DNA of 62,659 bases, filler included, from Diploschistes diacapsis (lineage: Eukaryota): assembly GCA_023645945.1 (NCBI GenBank). It is 11 parts of 11 records of this genome, joined end to end, with 100 filler letters (N's around TTAATTAATTAA, not from the genome) between each part and the next. Parts side by side here need not be neighbours in the genome. Positions count along the whole stretch, not along the records: positions 32,316 to 55,412 come from JALAIB010000270.1; 10 more parts are not named here. The stretch is one strand, 5' to 3'. A program made the translations under genes and the position numbers. Every line of letters starts with the position of its first letter. Position 1 is the first letter of the stretch. Below are positions 37,608 through 50,393 of the stretch, piece by piece. The notes under the pieces were generated by a model, which saw only the letters and a list, made by a program, of their open reading frames with translations, was not told the DNA's origin and did not search any database.

Positions 37608-38019
37608 TATCTGATACGATGTATAAAATACGGCTTGAAACGATACATACACAAGCAGTTATGACGGTGTTTACATTCTCCCCATCTCTGCACACTTGCC
37701 TACTATAAACAACCACCTTCCGAAGCACAAGTACTCTTTGTAGACTTGACGACTGGTTTAAGTACTTCGAAGTCCTCAGCCAAAGCTATTCCTCTCACAG
37801 ATCTAGTGCATACTCGCAAGCTTCCGCCACAGCCAAAATCTAGCATCCAAGTCAACAGCAGTCCCTCCTCTTTGAGGAATGCAACAGCAGAAGCGCAGCT
37901 GAATAGCCTGTTAAATTTGCCCTTCAACGCGGTTTATACATGTGAGAGCCAACTGTGAGCGACTATTAGGACATATTCGCTTGCTGTAAAGCAGGAAGGG
38001 GTGCCTGCAGCCATCCAGA

Positions 38020-39481
38020 ATGAGTAACACAGACTTTCTAGGTCGCGCCATTGACATGGTTAGGAAAGCTATCGAGGCCGATAATGCTCAGGATTACGAA
38101 AAAGCCTATCAAGTTTACTATTCATCTCTAGAGCTGTTCATGTTGGCCTTGAAGTGGGAGAAGAACCCAAAGTCTAAAGAGATGATACGAACTAAAACGG
38201 GAGAATATATGGAAAGGGCGGAGAAATTGAAACAACACTTGTCGGATGCGGACAAGGGCAATAGGAAGAAGCCAGCCGCTGTTGGCTCGAATGGCAAGGT
38301 TTCTGGGGGCGGTGGCAAGGGCAAGTGAGTACTATTTGAACAGGACCAACGTAAATTTGCTCACAGCGTTGTACCTGTAGAGATGACGACGAGGAAGATC
38401 AGGATCCAGATGCAAAAAAACTGCGAGGCGCTCTACAGGGCGCCATATTGTCTGACAAGCCTAACATTAAATGGGAAGACGTCGCAGGCCTCGAGGGAGC
38501 AAAGGAAGCACTGAAAGAAGCGGTAATTCTCCCGATCAAGTTTCCCCATCTGTTCGTTGGAAAAAGGCAACCTTGGAAAGGCATCCTTTTATACGGGCCT
38601 CCCGGAACTGGAAAATCTTACCTTGCAAAGGCGGTAGCCACGGAGGCCAATAGCACATTCTTCAGCGTCAGTAGTAGTGACTTAGTCTCGAAATGGATGG
38701 GTGAGAGCGAGAGGTAAGCTCAATGGACTTCCAAGTACTGATTTTATCTAACGAGTCGATGTAGGCTGGTCAAGCAGCTCTTTAACATGGCTAGGGAGAA
38801 CAAGCCTTCCATCATCTTTATCGATGAAGTAGATGCACTCTGTGGGCCTCGTGGCGAAGGTGAATCCGAAGCTTCTAGGCGTATCAAAACGGAACTTCTA
38901 GTGCAAATGGATGGGGTCGGGAGAGACTCGACAGGCGTTCTCATCCTGGGGGCAACAAACATCCCGTGGCAGCTTGATGCTGCAATCAGGCGAAGGTTTC
39001 AGAGACGCGTACATATCAGTCTACCGGATCTCCCTGGACGGGTAAAAATGTTCGAGATGTCTGTAGGAAGCACTCCCTGTAATATAAAGGCTGCAGACTT
39101 CAGAACGCTGGGCCAAATGTCGGAAGGCTATTCAGGGAGTGACATCAGTATCGCGGTACAAGACGCGCTAATGCAGCCAATCCGCAAAATACAGACGGCG
39201 ACACATTACAAACCAGTGGGTCATGTTATCCTTTTTTGCGTCTTGACTAAGTTGTGCAGGTTGTAGTCGACGGCAACGAAAAGCTAACGCCTTGCTCCCC
39301 CGGTGACAGCGGAGCCATGGAAATGTCTTGGACTGAGGTTGATTCTGAGAAGCTTCTGGAGCCACCGTTGACCCTGAAGGATTTTGTGAAAGCTGTGAAA
39401 AACGCCCGTCCAACTGTTAGCCAGGACGATCTCAAGAAAAGTGCTGAATGGACGAAGGAGTTTGGTAGCGAAGGCGCTTGA
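38020..39481 (+). CDS. VPS4: Vps4 AAA-ATPase; 4 exons
   Basis: MIT domain, [35 protein letters not shown]-terminal EFGSEGA. Confidence 0.98.
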
Positions 39482-39933
39482 CTTGTGGTTTTGTTGGTAT
39501 TTTGCATTGTCCTGAAGCTGTCATGAGTCCAGCAGTAGAGTTTTGTCTCCAACCGAACGAGCAAGGCGCGAATCTGGGGTCTTGTGCCGCGCATAACGAG
39601 GTATGACTGACAGCATTGACGATTTTGTGGGCTGAGGAACACATCCGAGACAGAGAGGAATCTGGTCAACACCTGCATATACCCCTAGTAGTAATGAAGC
39701 ATCAATAAATACCATAACATCTTCCGTAGCTCATATTTTGCTTGCAATCCAATTCAGCTCAATCCTGTACAAGAGTAAGCATAGTCAATCAGATATAACG
39801 GCCTTCCGAAAATGATCACCGCATCTGCCCGCGCTCAGTTTCCGCTTTCGAATTTTAAAGCCTACTGTGATGGGCTATCTGAGATTGGACACTGCCCACG
39901 AAATAACAATACTTCCCTCCCAGCATTCGTATA

Positions 39934-41637
39934 ATGCCAGTAGAGTCTAGGCAGAATGCCTCGCCCACGAGTTGGTACACGCTTCGAAGATATGTTATTA
40001 TCATACCTGCGGTCTTCGCGTGTCTCCTTCTAGCATGGACTCAACACAAGCCTCGGAGGATATACAAGAATTATGTAGATCAGTCAAAGGAACGTTGTTC
40101 TGTTGCGGATTCGTACTCTAGTAGAAAGGTTGCTATTATCGGTTGGTTTTCCTCAAATAACAACCTACAAATTGCTTTTAAATCTTGACGCCATAAAGGT
40201 GCCGGTTCCGCTGGCGCATCGACCGCGTATTATCTTCGGGGATTCCAGTCGCCATGCCTGAAGATCGATATTACTGTATACGAGCGGTCAAACTATGTTG
40301 GCGGTCGCTCGATTACCGTCTCTGCGTTCAATGAGCCAACCATACCCCTTGAAGTTGGAGCGTCGATTTTCGTCGAGGTCAACCGGAATCTTGTCTCTGC
40401 AGCAAAGAAATTTGGCCTCAATCCGAAGAAAGCTGGGGCTGACAGGCCCAGTGAGGCTGCTAACGCACTTGGAGTCTGGGACGGTCAAGGATTTAGATTT
40501 GTGCAGGATGGCTCCAGCTACTGGTGGTACGATATAGCTAAGCTTCTGTGGCAATACGGGCTGGCTCCCGTGCGAACACAACTCTTGATGAAGAAGACAG
40601 TCAACAAGTTCCTGCAGATGTATGATGATCCTGTCTTTCCCTTCGAATCACTTACTGTTGCTGCTGAGTCCGTGGACTTAGCAGCAGTAACCTCGAAGAC
40701 TGGTGAAACGTTCCTGGGCGAAAACGGTATCGATCCAGCCTTTTCACAGGATATTATTCAAGCAAGCACACGCGTGAACTATGCCCAGAATCTGCAGCAG
40801 ATCCATGGCTTGGAAGCGATGGTTTGTATGGCTACAGATGGAGCTATGTCGATAGAGGGTGGGAACTATCAGATATTCGCGGAAATGATTGCCTCAGCCG
40901 AGGCGGCTTTGCTACTGAACACTTCTGTCACGACCGTCGCTCGTGAAGGAAAGCATTTTCGGGTTCGCAGCGCACAATTCCATGCTGAAGGACAAGTCCA
41001 AGGCTATGAGGAGCTCTTCGATGCAGTGGTCATTGCTGCGCCCTTCCAATTTTCAAACTTGACCGTTGCGCCGTCGTCGATTCAGATGCCGCAGGAGGTT
41101 TCTTATGTTCAACTTCATGTGACCCTCTTTACATCGCCTCATCGCCTTTCGCCTTCATTTTTCGGGTTAGAACCCGACGAATCTGTGCCGGAGGTTGTCC
41201 TCACGACGCTGCCGGACAAGGCGTCGGCGAAAGAGCCCCCCTTTCTCAGCATCAGCACCCTTCGAAAAGTTAGCAACCCGAACACCTCCCAGGACGAATA
41301 CGCATACAAAATCTTCTCAATGTCGCCTCTCAACTCCACCTTCATCTCGAATTTGCTAGGGTTCCAAGATCCGCAGGTTCCGCTCGATCGTATACCAATT
41401 AGCGAGGTGAGCTGGGTGTTCCAGAAGATTTGGAATAGCTATCCTTATCTTCCACCACGGTCCAAATTCTCCCCGTTGCGATTAGACGAGGGTTTGTATT
41501 ATACAAGCGGCATGGAGAGCTTCATTTCAACGCTTGAAACTAGCTCCTTGATGGGTATGAATGTTGCTGGACTGATTGCAAATGCCTGGAATGGAGATAC
41601 GATTCTGAAAGGAAAACAGGAACACGCAGATATGTAG
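39934..41637 (+). CDS. Prenylcysteine oxidase/lyase; 2 exons
   Basis: VAIIGAGSAG (across the intron), VGGR, LEVGASIFVEVN, ASTRVNYAQN, YYTSGMESFISTLETS. Confidence 0.92.
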
Positions 41638-41745
41638 GAGCAAAGTGATGCTACATTGTTGTAAAGCGCTGTGATCATTGCAGGTATCATAGAAGAAGTG
41701 AGCCCTCCATATTTTAGGTAGAGACTCGTACCAAAATATATACAA

Positions 41746-43466
41746 CTATAACATCGCCTTTAAATCATCTGCAACTTGGAAGGGAGCTTCCGTCTTTGAT
41801 TTGATTTCGTCCACTGTAACGCCGTCGGCAATCTCGATCAGGGTCATTCCGGTAGTGAAGTCCACGTCGAATACGCCCTTCGCGACGTCAGCGAATAATT
41901 GCCGGCATAAAGAACAGAGAAAAGTACTTACTAGGTCGGTAATGATTCTGCTCACGCAAGCCTTGCCGGTTAAAGGGAATTCGCACTGCTTCAAAATCTT
42001 CGGCCGGCCTTTCTTATCCGTATGTTCCATCGTTACCACGACCCTGGTTTGCGATGGGTTAGAGACGAGATCCATGGCGCCACCAAAGCCCTTGATCTTG
42101 CCGGGTAGCATCCCTGGGAAGCAGCAGTGAGCAGGCGCTTGCAGCATGGCGAATAAAATTCGGAGGAGTACCGGACAGAAAACTCACAGTTTGCCAGGTC
42201 GCCCTTGTTGCTGACTTGCATGGCGCCCAAGATTGTCAGGTCGATGCGGCCGGATCGGATCATTCCAAAACTCTCGTCACTCCCGAAGCAGGCCGCCCCC
42301 TTCTGAAGCGTGACAGTCTCCTTGCCTGCGTTGATCAAGTCGGCATCCTCCTGGCCCTGCTTCGGGTAAGGACCCAAGCCCAGGATGCCGTTCTCCGATT
42401 GCAGCTGAACCTCGACGGATGGGTCGACAAAGGATGGTGCGAGCATGGGCATGCCAATGCCGAGGTTCGCGTACATGCCGTTCTTGAACTCCTTTGCTGC
42501 GCGTCGCACGATGCGCTCGCGCTTGCTGGCCGTATCGCCGGAGCCAAGGGCACTCATATCGGCACCTTCCTCCTTGGAGAATGTGAACTTCTCGATGTTC
42601 TTCTTCCCCGTGCTCTGAACCACCTTCTTAACATAGATACCGGGAAGATGCACGGCAGCGGGATCGATCTCCCCAGGTTCCACAATGTTTTCCGCCTCCA
42701 CGATTGTCATTTTCGCATTCCTCCCCATCGCGCCGTTGAAATTAGCCGCCGCAAACCTGAATTGGCAATTGCCCAACCTGTCTGCCTTCCATGCCTTGAC
42801 GAACGCATAGTCCCCTTTTATCGCCTCCTCCATCACGTAGCTCTTGCCGTCGAACACCTTCACGTCCCTCGGATGGCTGAAGGCCGCTACGCTGCCGTCG
42901 CCATTATGCTTCAGCGGTAGTTCTCCCGTCTGCACAACCGTCCCGAATGCGGCGGGCGTGTAGAATGCCGGTATGCCTGCCCCGCCCGCGCGGCATCTTT
43001 CTGCCAGCGTCCCCTGGGGCGTCAGCTCCAGTTCAATCTCCCCAGTCAGGTACATCTTCTCGAAGACCTTATTCTCGCCGACGTAGCTGGCAACCATCTT
43101 GCGGATCTGCTTCGAAGCGAGGAGCAGGCCGAGCCCGGAGCCCTCGATGCCGGCGTTGTTGGACACGGCTGTCAGGCCCGTGATCGAGGGGCTGGAGCGC
43201 ACGCTGTTGATGAGCGTATCGGGCACGCCGCAGAGCCCGAAGCCACCGGCCAGCAGAGTGCTATTGGAGCGCATGTCGGAGATGGCCTCGGAGGCGGAGC
43301 CGATGACCTTGTTGATCTCATAGCGGGGGTGGGTGGAGAGGAAGGTCCGGCGGAGTGTCAGGCTGGCTTCGCGTTGCTGCGGAGAGTTCCATTGGCGACT
43401 GGTTGAAGTTTGTACCTTACCGAAGCTCAGGCGGAGCTGCGATGACGTCCGAGCGGAGAACGCCAT
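41746..43466 (-). CDS. Mitochondrial succinyl-CoA:3-oxoacid CoA-transferase (SCOT); 3 exons
   Basis: Arg/Ser-rich presequence, [26 protein letters not shown], catalytic QSENG, GGAMDLV. Confidence 0.96.
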
Positions 43467-43883
43467 GTTGAGAAGGCTCGAGGGAGGGTTGACGAACCCT
43501 GTGAAAGCGTGCCATCATGCACACTCATCATATTGCGGAAAAACGATCGGCAAATCGCATCCTTGCACGTTATACAACTCGTTGCTCCGTAATCAGAGAA
43601 AAATTTAGTTATGGACAATTGATTATATACTTGCATACTTTGGTTATTCAGCTAATACAATCCTTGGAGAACCAGAGAGGGTGGGCCTCCTCATAAAGGC
43701 TAAGAGCCCTTGAGTATGGTGAATCAATGTATTTCATGTTTCTCATCTGCCAATCATCTGAAATAAGCATGTATTGCGCATGGGTATCACTGGAGAAAGC
43801 CGCGCTGTTGCAAAAGTCGGGTTGTAAAAGCAACATCATATACCATGTCCAGAAAAAAGCCTCCGCCCGAGGATGTTAATGGG

Positions 43884-46778
43884 CTAAGTTCCAGGAGTCG
43901 CCCGGCGCTGCTTCACCTTTCCCCATTCCTTGCCTCCACCTGCTGGTCTCTTCCGACCAGCGACAGCATACACCCGCTTCTCCTTCTTACCATCCGCCGA
44001 ATCGTCCATGTTACTCTGTTCCCCGACCGTTGCAACGATACTGCTAGCCGGAGGATCCACTTCCACCACCTCTGTCCCTTTCTCATAAAGAGAGGCATTC
44101 TCCTCGAATTCACGCTCCCGAGCAGCGACAGCTTCTGGTTCAAGCTGCCTGGCGTGGGCGAGCAGATCGATGGAAGAGTCATCTGACTCTTGGTCACCAC
44201 TCGACTCGTGCCTGGTGGTGTTCGACGAAAATGTATGCAAGAATCTAGACGGAACAAAGCGGCCAACATTCTCAACATCGTGCTGCACGTCTTCCATTTT
44301 ATCGTCGCTATCTCCTTCGCTACCGCTACCGTCATCGGATATGCTCTCCGAAGAGAACGGTAAGAGGGCGTACGAAGGCGGAGGCAAGGCAGATGGTAGT
44401 AGGTCAAGCTTGCGCGTAGACAATATTTTGGTCTCAACAGCAGATTCCTGCAACAGCTGTCGATGTTCGACGCGAACCTTGATCGAAAAGTTATCTCCCG
44501 GTACGACGCCACCGAGTCCGGAAACTTCGAAAGACTTCTCCTCTCCTTCACTAGACGGAGACTTACATGACTTGCCTAGACCCTCTGCGAGGCCCGTAAT
44601 TATGGGGGTACTTGTTGACTTCTCCCAAGAGTTTACAGAGCCTGGGTCCAGTGACTTCGATACCAGGCCATTGACTTCACTCCGGCGTTCCTCGTTGTTC
44701 TTCCCAACGCTACAACCAACAACTCCGTCAAAATCTTTATCGTAAAGTGGACAGTTGTAGGGCGTGTTTTCCTCGTCTTTACTCAAATCAGTGTAAAAGC
44801 GAGCACGGTTGTAGAAAATAATGTGGTCAACCCCCTTTCGGAAATTGGACCGAATCGCGGCATTTATCGCATTCCCATAAGGTGCACCATCTGCATCCAA
44901 GGCACTCGTACTTTGCATTGGCGTAGCGGAAACAGAAGATCCTTCGCCATCGAATGAACGATAGCCATCTTCTCCTACCTCCAGAGAGTGGTAGAAGATT
45001 GGCCTGTACTGGTATGGATCTTCAGACAACGTCTGGTTCAGCAAGAGTGGTCTTTGCCGGTCAAGATTGGATTTGTAGGTGCCGGAATATGGATCCTTCG
45101 ACGTCTGAACGTTGCCACTGATACCTGAATGGACCTCTGTTGAAGGTTTGCTAGGCTTGCTGTGGCCAATATCCTTGCCAACGCCAAGCTCGTAGGGATA
45201 GGATTCGGAACTGTGTTCCGAGCTCTCACCACCGGTATCGATAGTTAACTTGGTGACTTCGTTGCCTCCTTTCCACCTGATGCGGCTTCCATCTGTAGAT
45301 AGTTCAAACGTCGCGCCAATGTCATGGATAGAGTCGCGCACAAAGTCTGGCGTGACATTCAAAGTGTGGAGCTGTGCCATACTTATCAGTAAATTTAGAT
45401 AAATCCATCCCTCATCTCCCTCTGATCTCTTCTCATAGTCCAATTCTGGCGAATCAAAGCCCAAATGTTTGATGTACTGAACGTTCTCTTCGGGGTTCTG
45501 GGCCCGAGAAGGGTCCAGATCCAGAGGCCTTGTGGGTCGTTGAGAGGGCGTTGGGCTACTGCCTGTACTTGTATCTTTGGGGTTCCACTCGTCGGAGCTT
45601 TTCTCGGCGGGGGAGGCCCCTATATGGTTGGAAGTCCGGTTTGCGGTGGGGAAGATTTTGGCTTCGCGGCTGCCTTCGGCTGTCACTTGATGACCGCAAG
45701 CCTCACTCGCCCGTCTGTCGGCGTTGGCTGCAGACTGTGAGATCTCCTGTTGTTGCCTCGATTGACTGTGCGTATTGGAGCTGTCTCTGCTGCCAGTATA
45801 AAGTTGTTCAAGACGCTTGACGACAAGCTGTTTCTTTGCTTGCTCTGTCATCACAGGAGAATGCTTCGGAAGAAGACGCTGTGAGATTGACTGCAGATAC
45901 GAGCGCACATTCTGGTCGTTTGCTTTAGCTTTACCGGGAACAAGACTCGGGTCTGCTTTCTGTAGACGTGATTCGGAGTTGCCACCGAAGGCTGACATGG
46001 AAACGTATGCAGAATCCAGTGGGCGAGAGTTCGACGTCCCAGACGAGGAGGGTTGGTGACGTGGCGTTGGCCTGCGACTAGGAACATGGGATAACCTCTG
46101 GGCAAAGGCAGATGGAACATCCTCTTCCCCCGCATCTCCCATACTTGACGCGAAGTCTTGAAGAGCACGCTCCAACCTTCGCTTCTTGGAAGCGGGCAGA
46201 CCGTGCACTCGAATTTCGAAGAGCTTGTCATTCTGTAATTTCCCACAGTGTAGCTCTTCATATTTCTGCAGCTTCCGCCTCAATCGACGATTTTCGATTG
46301 TGAGATCGTCGATAACGCTTCGAAAGTCTTCATTGCTATTCTCTAGAATGTAGTTTTGTGACGCAAACGAGTCTGCGTGACAGGGGCGACGACCGCCGTT
46401 GGAAGAGGCAGATGGGTGGAACCGATCCCGCGAGGCACTCTCAGAGGACGATTTTTTTTTCAAGAAGAAAGGAGGGTCGTCGTTCCCAATGAATCTTGCG
46501 CTACCTTCTCCAGATACGTTCTTGTTTGAGTCAATGAACCAAGTCCTGGCCGATCCACCATCCTTCGGCAATCTAGACCCATGACAGATTGAAGGGTCTT
46601 CACCATTCGCTGCGATGTTTGAAGCAACGCTGAGGCTATCACTGTCCGCTCTGGCCGATTTCTCCGAGCTGTGCAAAGGCGATTTCCTGATGCAGACGGA
46701 TTCGGCACGCGATACCCTCTTCGGGTGTATCTGATTCCGGGCTTGAGTCGGAAGCTGCGAGCGAGTACCAACGGACAT
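43884..46778 (-). CDS. frq: Circadian clock protein FREQUENCY (964 aa)
   Basis: DFRSVIDDLTIEN coiled coil, KLFEIRVHGLP, KKQLVVKRLEQLYTG, QRPTRPLDLDP, GWIYLNLLISMAQLH, EVSGLGGVVPGDNF. Confidence 0.96.
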   Translation of the reverse strand: MSVGTRSQLPTQARNQIHPKRVSRAESVCIRKSPLHSSEKSARADSDSLSVASNIAANGEDPSICHGSRLPKDGGSARTWFIDSNKNVSGEGSARFIGNDDPPFFLKKKSSSESASRDRFHPSASSNGGRRPCHADSFASQNYILENSNEDFRSVIDDLTIENRRLRRKLQKYEELHCGKLQNDKLFEIRVHGLPASKKRRLERALQDFASSMGDAGEEDVPSAFAQRLSHVPSRRPTPRHQPSSSGTSNSRPLDSAYVSMSAFGGNSESRLQKADPSLVPGKAKANDQNVRSYLQSISQRLLPKHSPVMTEQAKKQLVVKRLEQLYTGSRDSSNTHSQSRQQQEISQSAANADRRASEACGHQVTAEGSREAKIFPTANRTSNHIGASPAEKSSDEWNPKDTSTGSSPTPSQRPTRPLDLDPSRAQNPEENVQYIKHLGFDSPELDYEKRSEGDEGWIYLNLLISMAQLHTLNVTPDFVRDSIHDIGATFELSTDGSRIRWKGGNEVTKLTIDTGGESSEHSSESYPYELGVGKDIGHSKPSKPSTEVHSGISGNVQTSKDPYSGTYKSNLDRQRPLLLNQTLSEDPYQYRPIFYHSLEVGEDGYRSFDGEGSSVSATPMQSTSALDADGAPYGNAINAAIRSNFRKGVDHIIFYNRARFYTDLSKDEENTPYNCPLYDKDFDGVVGCSVGKNNEERRSEVNGLVSKSLDPGSVNSWEKSTSTPIITGLAEGLGKSCKSPSSEGEEKSFEVSGLGGVVPGDNFSIKVRVEHRQLLQESAVETKILSTRKLDLLPSALPPPSYALLPFSSESISDDGSGSEGDSDDKMEDVQHDVENVGRFVPSRFLHTFSSNTTRHESSGDQESDDSSIDLLAHARQLEPEAVAAREREFEENASLYEKGTEVVEVDPPASSIVATVGEQSNMDDSADGKKEKRVYAVAGRKRPAGGGKEWGKVKQRRATPGT

Positions 46779-48149
46779 GACGAGCGTCTAGCAAAGCAGG
46801 TATATTAGAATCATTATGAGTAAGATAGGTGGTGCGTGCTGCTGTTGTGAGGTGGTGTGACTTCTTGCTAAGGGTAGATTTAAACGTGTTGATATGGGAC
46901 TGCGATAATAACAATGTCCCTCTTCGAGTACGCTCGGATCATGAGTATCATGGTCTTTAATGTATTTGCCATGGCATGGAAGCCATGGGGAGGCCCTGTA
47001 ATTGCTCATGCTACCAGAAGGTGTGAGATTAATAGATTAAAGATCCTGTCGATGGATTTTCGATCTGAAGAGTGTTCGCTTGTGGCAAGAATCATTGTTC
47101 CAGGACACCGAGATCGAATAGATGCTATTGGCCAGAATCTTCGGAAACCGCTCCGGAACTCACACGGCTGCTTTTGATATAGCACTGGCCCATATCCATC
47201 CCATCCCCAAAAGAGACGATGACACTGGCACTCACTTATATGATTCTAGATTTGCCTTCGAATCTACCCCAAGATGGAGGTGTTGTGGACTATGAGGGAG
47301 ACCGTCAAAGAGATATGGAACAATAAAGAAGTCGAAGGCCTCTGCCAGAAGATGCCTCGATTAAGCGACTGGATTTCTGTATCCTACAGCTTTAGAGGTG
47401 CGTATCCAGAATCGTCGGCGTGCACCCTGCTCTACACATGGAGCGAACGACATTCAGTAACCATCCCGCCTCCTTGCGTACCTACTCCGACAATACACCT
47501 CTTCCTCTCGTTTTGTCTCGATATCCATGCCATCTCGTCCTAGTTCTTGTAACGGCAGTGGCAGGAGCTAGGCTTAATTGCTGCGTATATGACTGCGCGA
47601 ACTTGTCGCACTCGCCTTGGTTATCTACCAGCCTATCATGCCGGCCAATGCCGTTGGGAGGTTCACATCTCCTAATGGTCCTTCTTGGTTTTCCTAAAGC
47701 GGCCGAGATGTTGCCAGCGATCATTCCCAGTGACTTCATGAAAACAAAGATGGTCTCGAATTTGACGTCGCAGCTCCTACTTCGCTCGATAACTACCTAC
47801 ATTCTCTCCTTCATGCTGCCTGTGGTCAGGAGGGGGACAAAAAAGGGCAACGAGGACGACGATGGGATCGCGATGGCAGTCGCTTCGTAGTTCTACATGA
47901 CCACAATGACGACAAGCGTAGGCTTTATGCGAGCCCTCGAGGTGCTTCAGCTGGCGCAGTAAAAATACAGGTCTGACTAGCTTGACAATCGGAAGAAATG
48001 TTTTATGCCGCGAGCCTGTCGTAAGCTACTTCTAAAACTTGATCTTCGTCTCTCTCTAGATCCTTTAAGCCTCGACAACGAACGTGTATATACGCGAAGA
48101 AGAAGCCAAAGATGACTGTAGCATCCGAAGTGTCGGCATCGCCCCTAGA

Positions 48150-49250
48150 CGGCTAATCGATGAGGGAGCACACAAAGGCGAAGAGGACGCCGTGATCCTC
48201 GACGCGGTATCTGTGTCAGATGCCGTAAAGTCTGCACAGTTGCTTCCGAATATGATGTAGCAATCTTGAGACGCGCCTGTGGTAAGAGGGTGATAGGTGC
48301 GTATGCCGCTACGCGCAAGGAGACTGTTGGAGCCATGGCCGCTTCGGCTTTGAGTTCTTAGTCAAAGGCCCGCAACGAGTCAGCCGATGGCGATCGTCAA
48401 CGAGGTGCGTGTGGATGCACGGACGCTCATCGACTCGTAGGACGGCCTCACCATGAACTCCGTCGAGATAACCACGACCTAAGCGACAGCATAGACGATG
48501 GTGAAGAGCATCACGACCATGATCACGAAGGCAAGGGCGGGCGGGGCTAGTGATTCCGCTTGGAGAAGTACAGCTGGTTAAGCACACAACCGGCGCGAAC
48601 TCACTAGACAACTCTCTTTGGCGTGGCGACGAGAACGTCCACCAGAAAGGCATATGAGAACGTCGAGTCAAAATCTTCTCGGAATTGAGGCCGATAGTCC
48701 AGAGACGCATAAAGGTCGGCATGGCTACGCATGCAAGCGAGATAGGATATGAAGGTGGAGAAGAAGATGCCCACCACTGACAACACCCGTCCCGAGCGGG
48801 TCTCGTCCGCCATGATGAAAGAGAAAACCGTCACGGAGCCTCCTCTATGCTCCACCCAGAACCAGCGTAAGAGAGCGGAAACGATTACGTGTTTCTCCAT
48901 AACGACCAGCCAGAGCCGTAAGCTCTTCGTAACTGTAGCTCGTGTCTGGGTACCATTATGATGCTGGAAGGGACGTGAGTCAGCATCAACAACGCCTTCG
49001 CGGGTGGACCTTTGCTCGATATACTCGGGGAGTGGCTCCATTAGTCGATGACAATCGGTATGAGGCACATCATGTACTTGCTGTCCCTCTCTGCAGGGCC
49101 GAAGCCGTCCAAGGGAGCCCTCAGGATCGTCAGCTCCTGCAAGAACTTGGTCAGAGTTGGCAAGGACATGACTCTAGACGTGATTACTGAAGGCGCGCAG
49201 ACTAGAGTCGACAGAGCACCGCTTCGCTTTATTAAGGGAATAGTGTGGCC
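48150..49250 (-). pseudogene. Possible decayed membrane transporter (MFS sugar-porter-like)
   Basis: Hydrophobic fragments broken by stops (ALAFVIMVVMLFTIVYAVA*...SMSVRASTRTSLTIAIG*LV; GIRTY) and intron-like CTGAC...CAG ends; boundaries approximate. Confidence 0.3.
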
Positions 49251-50313
49251 ATACTAAGGACGTGACGACGGCAACTGTGAAGCTCAGAACTTGCCTCATC
49301 CGCCCGAGACCTATCTGTGTCTTGATTTTTTACTCGACCTCCTTTTACTTTCCACCATCGGGATTGTTAGTTGTAATGAGCAGCCCGACTCAGGCGTGAG
49401 AGCCTAAGCGCCCTTCCTTGTACTCTTTTTATCTCACGTGATTTACTCACCACTACTACGTGAAAGCTCAGGCTAGCAAAAAACCCATGTGATCACGAAT
49501 AGGCAGTAATGAAAACGTGAAGGCGCTCTGTCATGTTCCGCCTACTGAGTTATCGCGCCCACAAGGCTTTCTGTCTAAGCGCGATTCAGCCTTGTTCAAT
49601 TAGATAAATAGCCTCGCTTGCTCCTGAGGTTCCCACTGCCTCCATCGTTGCTTAAACTGGCATACAAGTAAGCCACCAACGTATAAGCGACGTCGTGGTA
49701 ATTCCAAGATCGTCTAGGCATGTAACGAAGATCCCAAGGCCGTACACCAAACATCCTTCAGTGTAAATACTAGCCATGAAGTGGAAGGCTCTGCAATATT
49801 ATTCCATTTGTTTAATATCGTTCCCAATAACCCGCTCGAATGACGTGTCATTGTTAAAGTTAAATCAGTATAAGATCAATATTCTAATACTCGAGCGTCC
49901 CGTAGATAGCAATAACATATTTTTAAAAATCTTTCAAAATTAAAGTTTTCGATTTCCGAATCTTCAATCTATAATGGTCGTGGTGTAATATATAACCTTC
50001 CATACCAAATCTTCAATTTTAATACTCCCAAAGCAGGAAGGAGTTCCGGCTTAATCATGTGATTTCACTTAGTTCTTGTACAAATTGATAATACAGCTAC
50101 ATGTCGTGTGATGTGATACACTCAATTTAGTAAATGAACCTCGGCACCGCTGATAAATACCCATGTCCTATAAAACGGGATTGATTATAAATGCTGAGCG
50201 ACCCATTCTTACATTATAATAGTAATAGATACATACTGATAAAGATACTATCCTTTTAACAGACTATAATAGTGTTCTAGACTTTTTTTATGAAAAAAAA
50301 AAATAAAGCAACC

Positions 50314-50393
50314 TGCCAGCACTCGGAATCGAACCGAAATTTCCACGGTGAAGCGTCCACAACGTGGTGTTCTGACCATTAAACTATGCTAGC
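50314..50393 (-). tRNA. tRNA-His(GTG) with 8-nt intron (50349-50356)
   Basis: Acceptor GCTAGCA/TGCTGGC+A, anticodon stem CCACG/CGTGG around TTGTGG^C, T-loop GGTTCGATTCC, downstream oligo-T terminator. Confidence 0.93.

Noticed and set aside
32548..43466. SHMT, iPGM, prenylcysteine oxidase and SCOT as a metabolic cluster or bacterial transfer
   Set aside because: All are intron-containing typical fungal genes from unrelated pathways, interleaved with PFD6 and VPS4.
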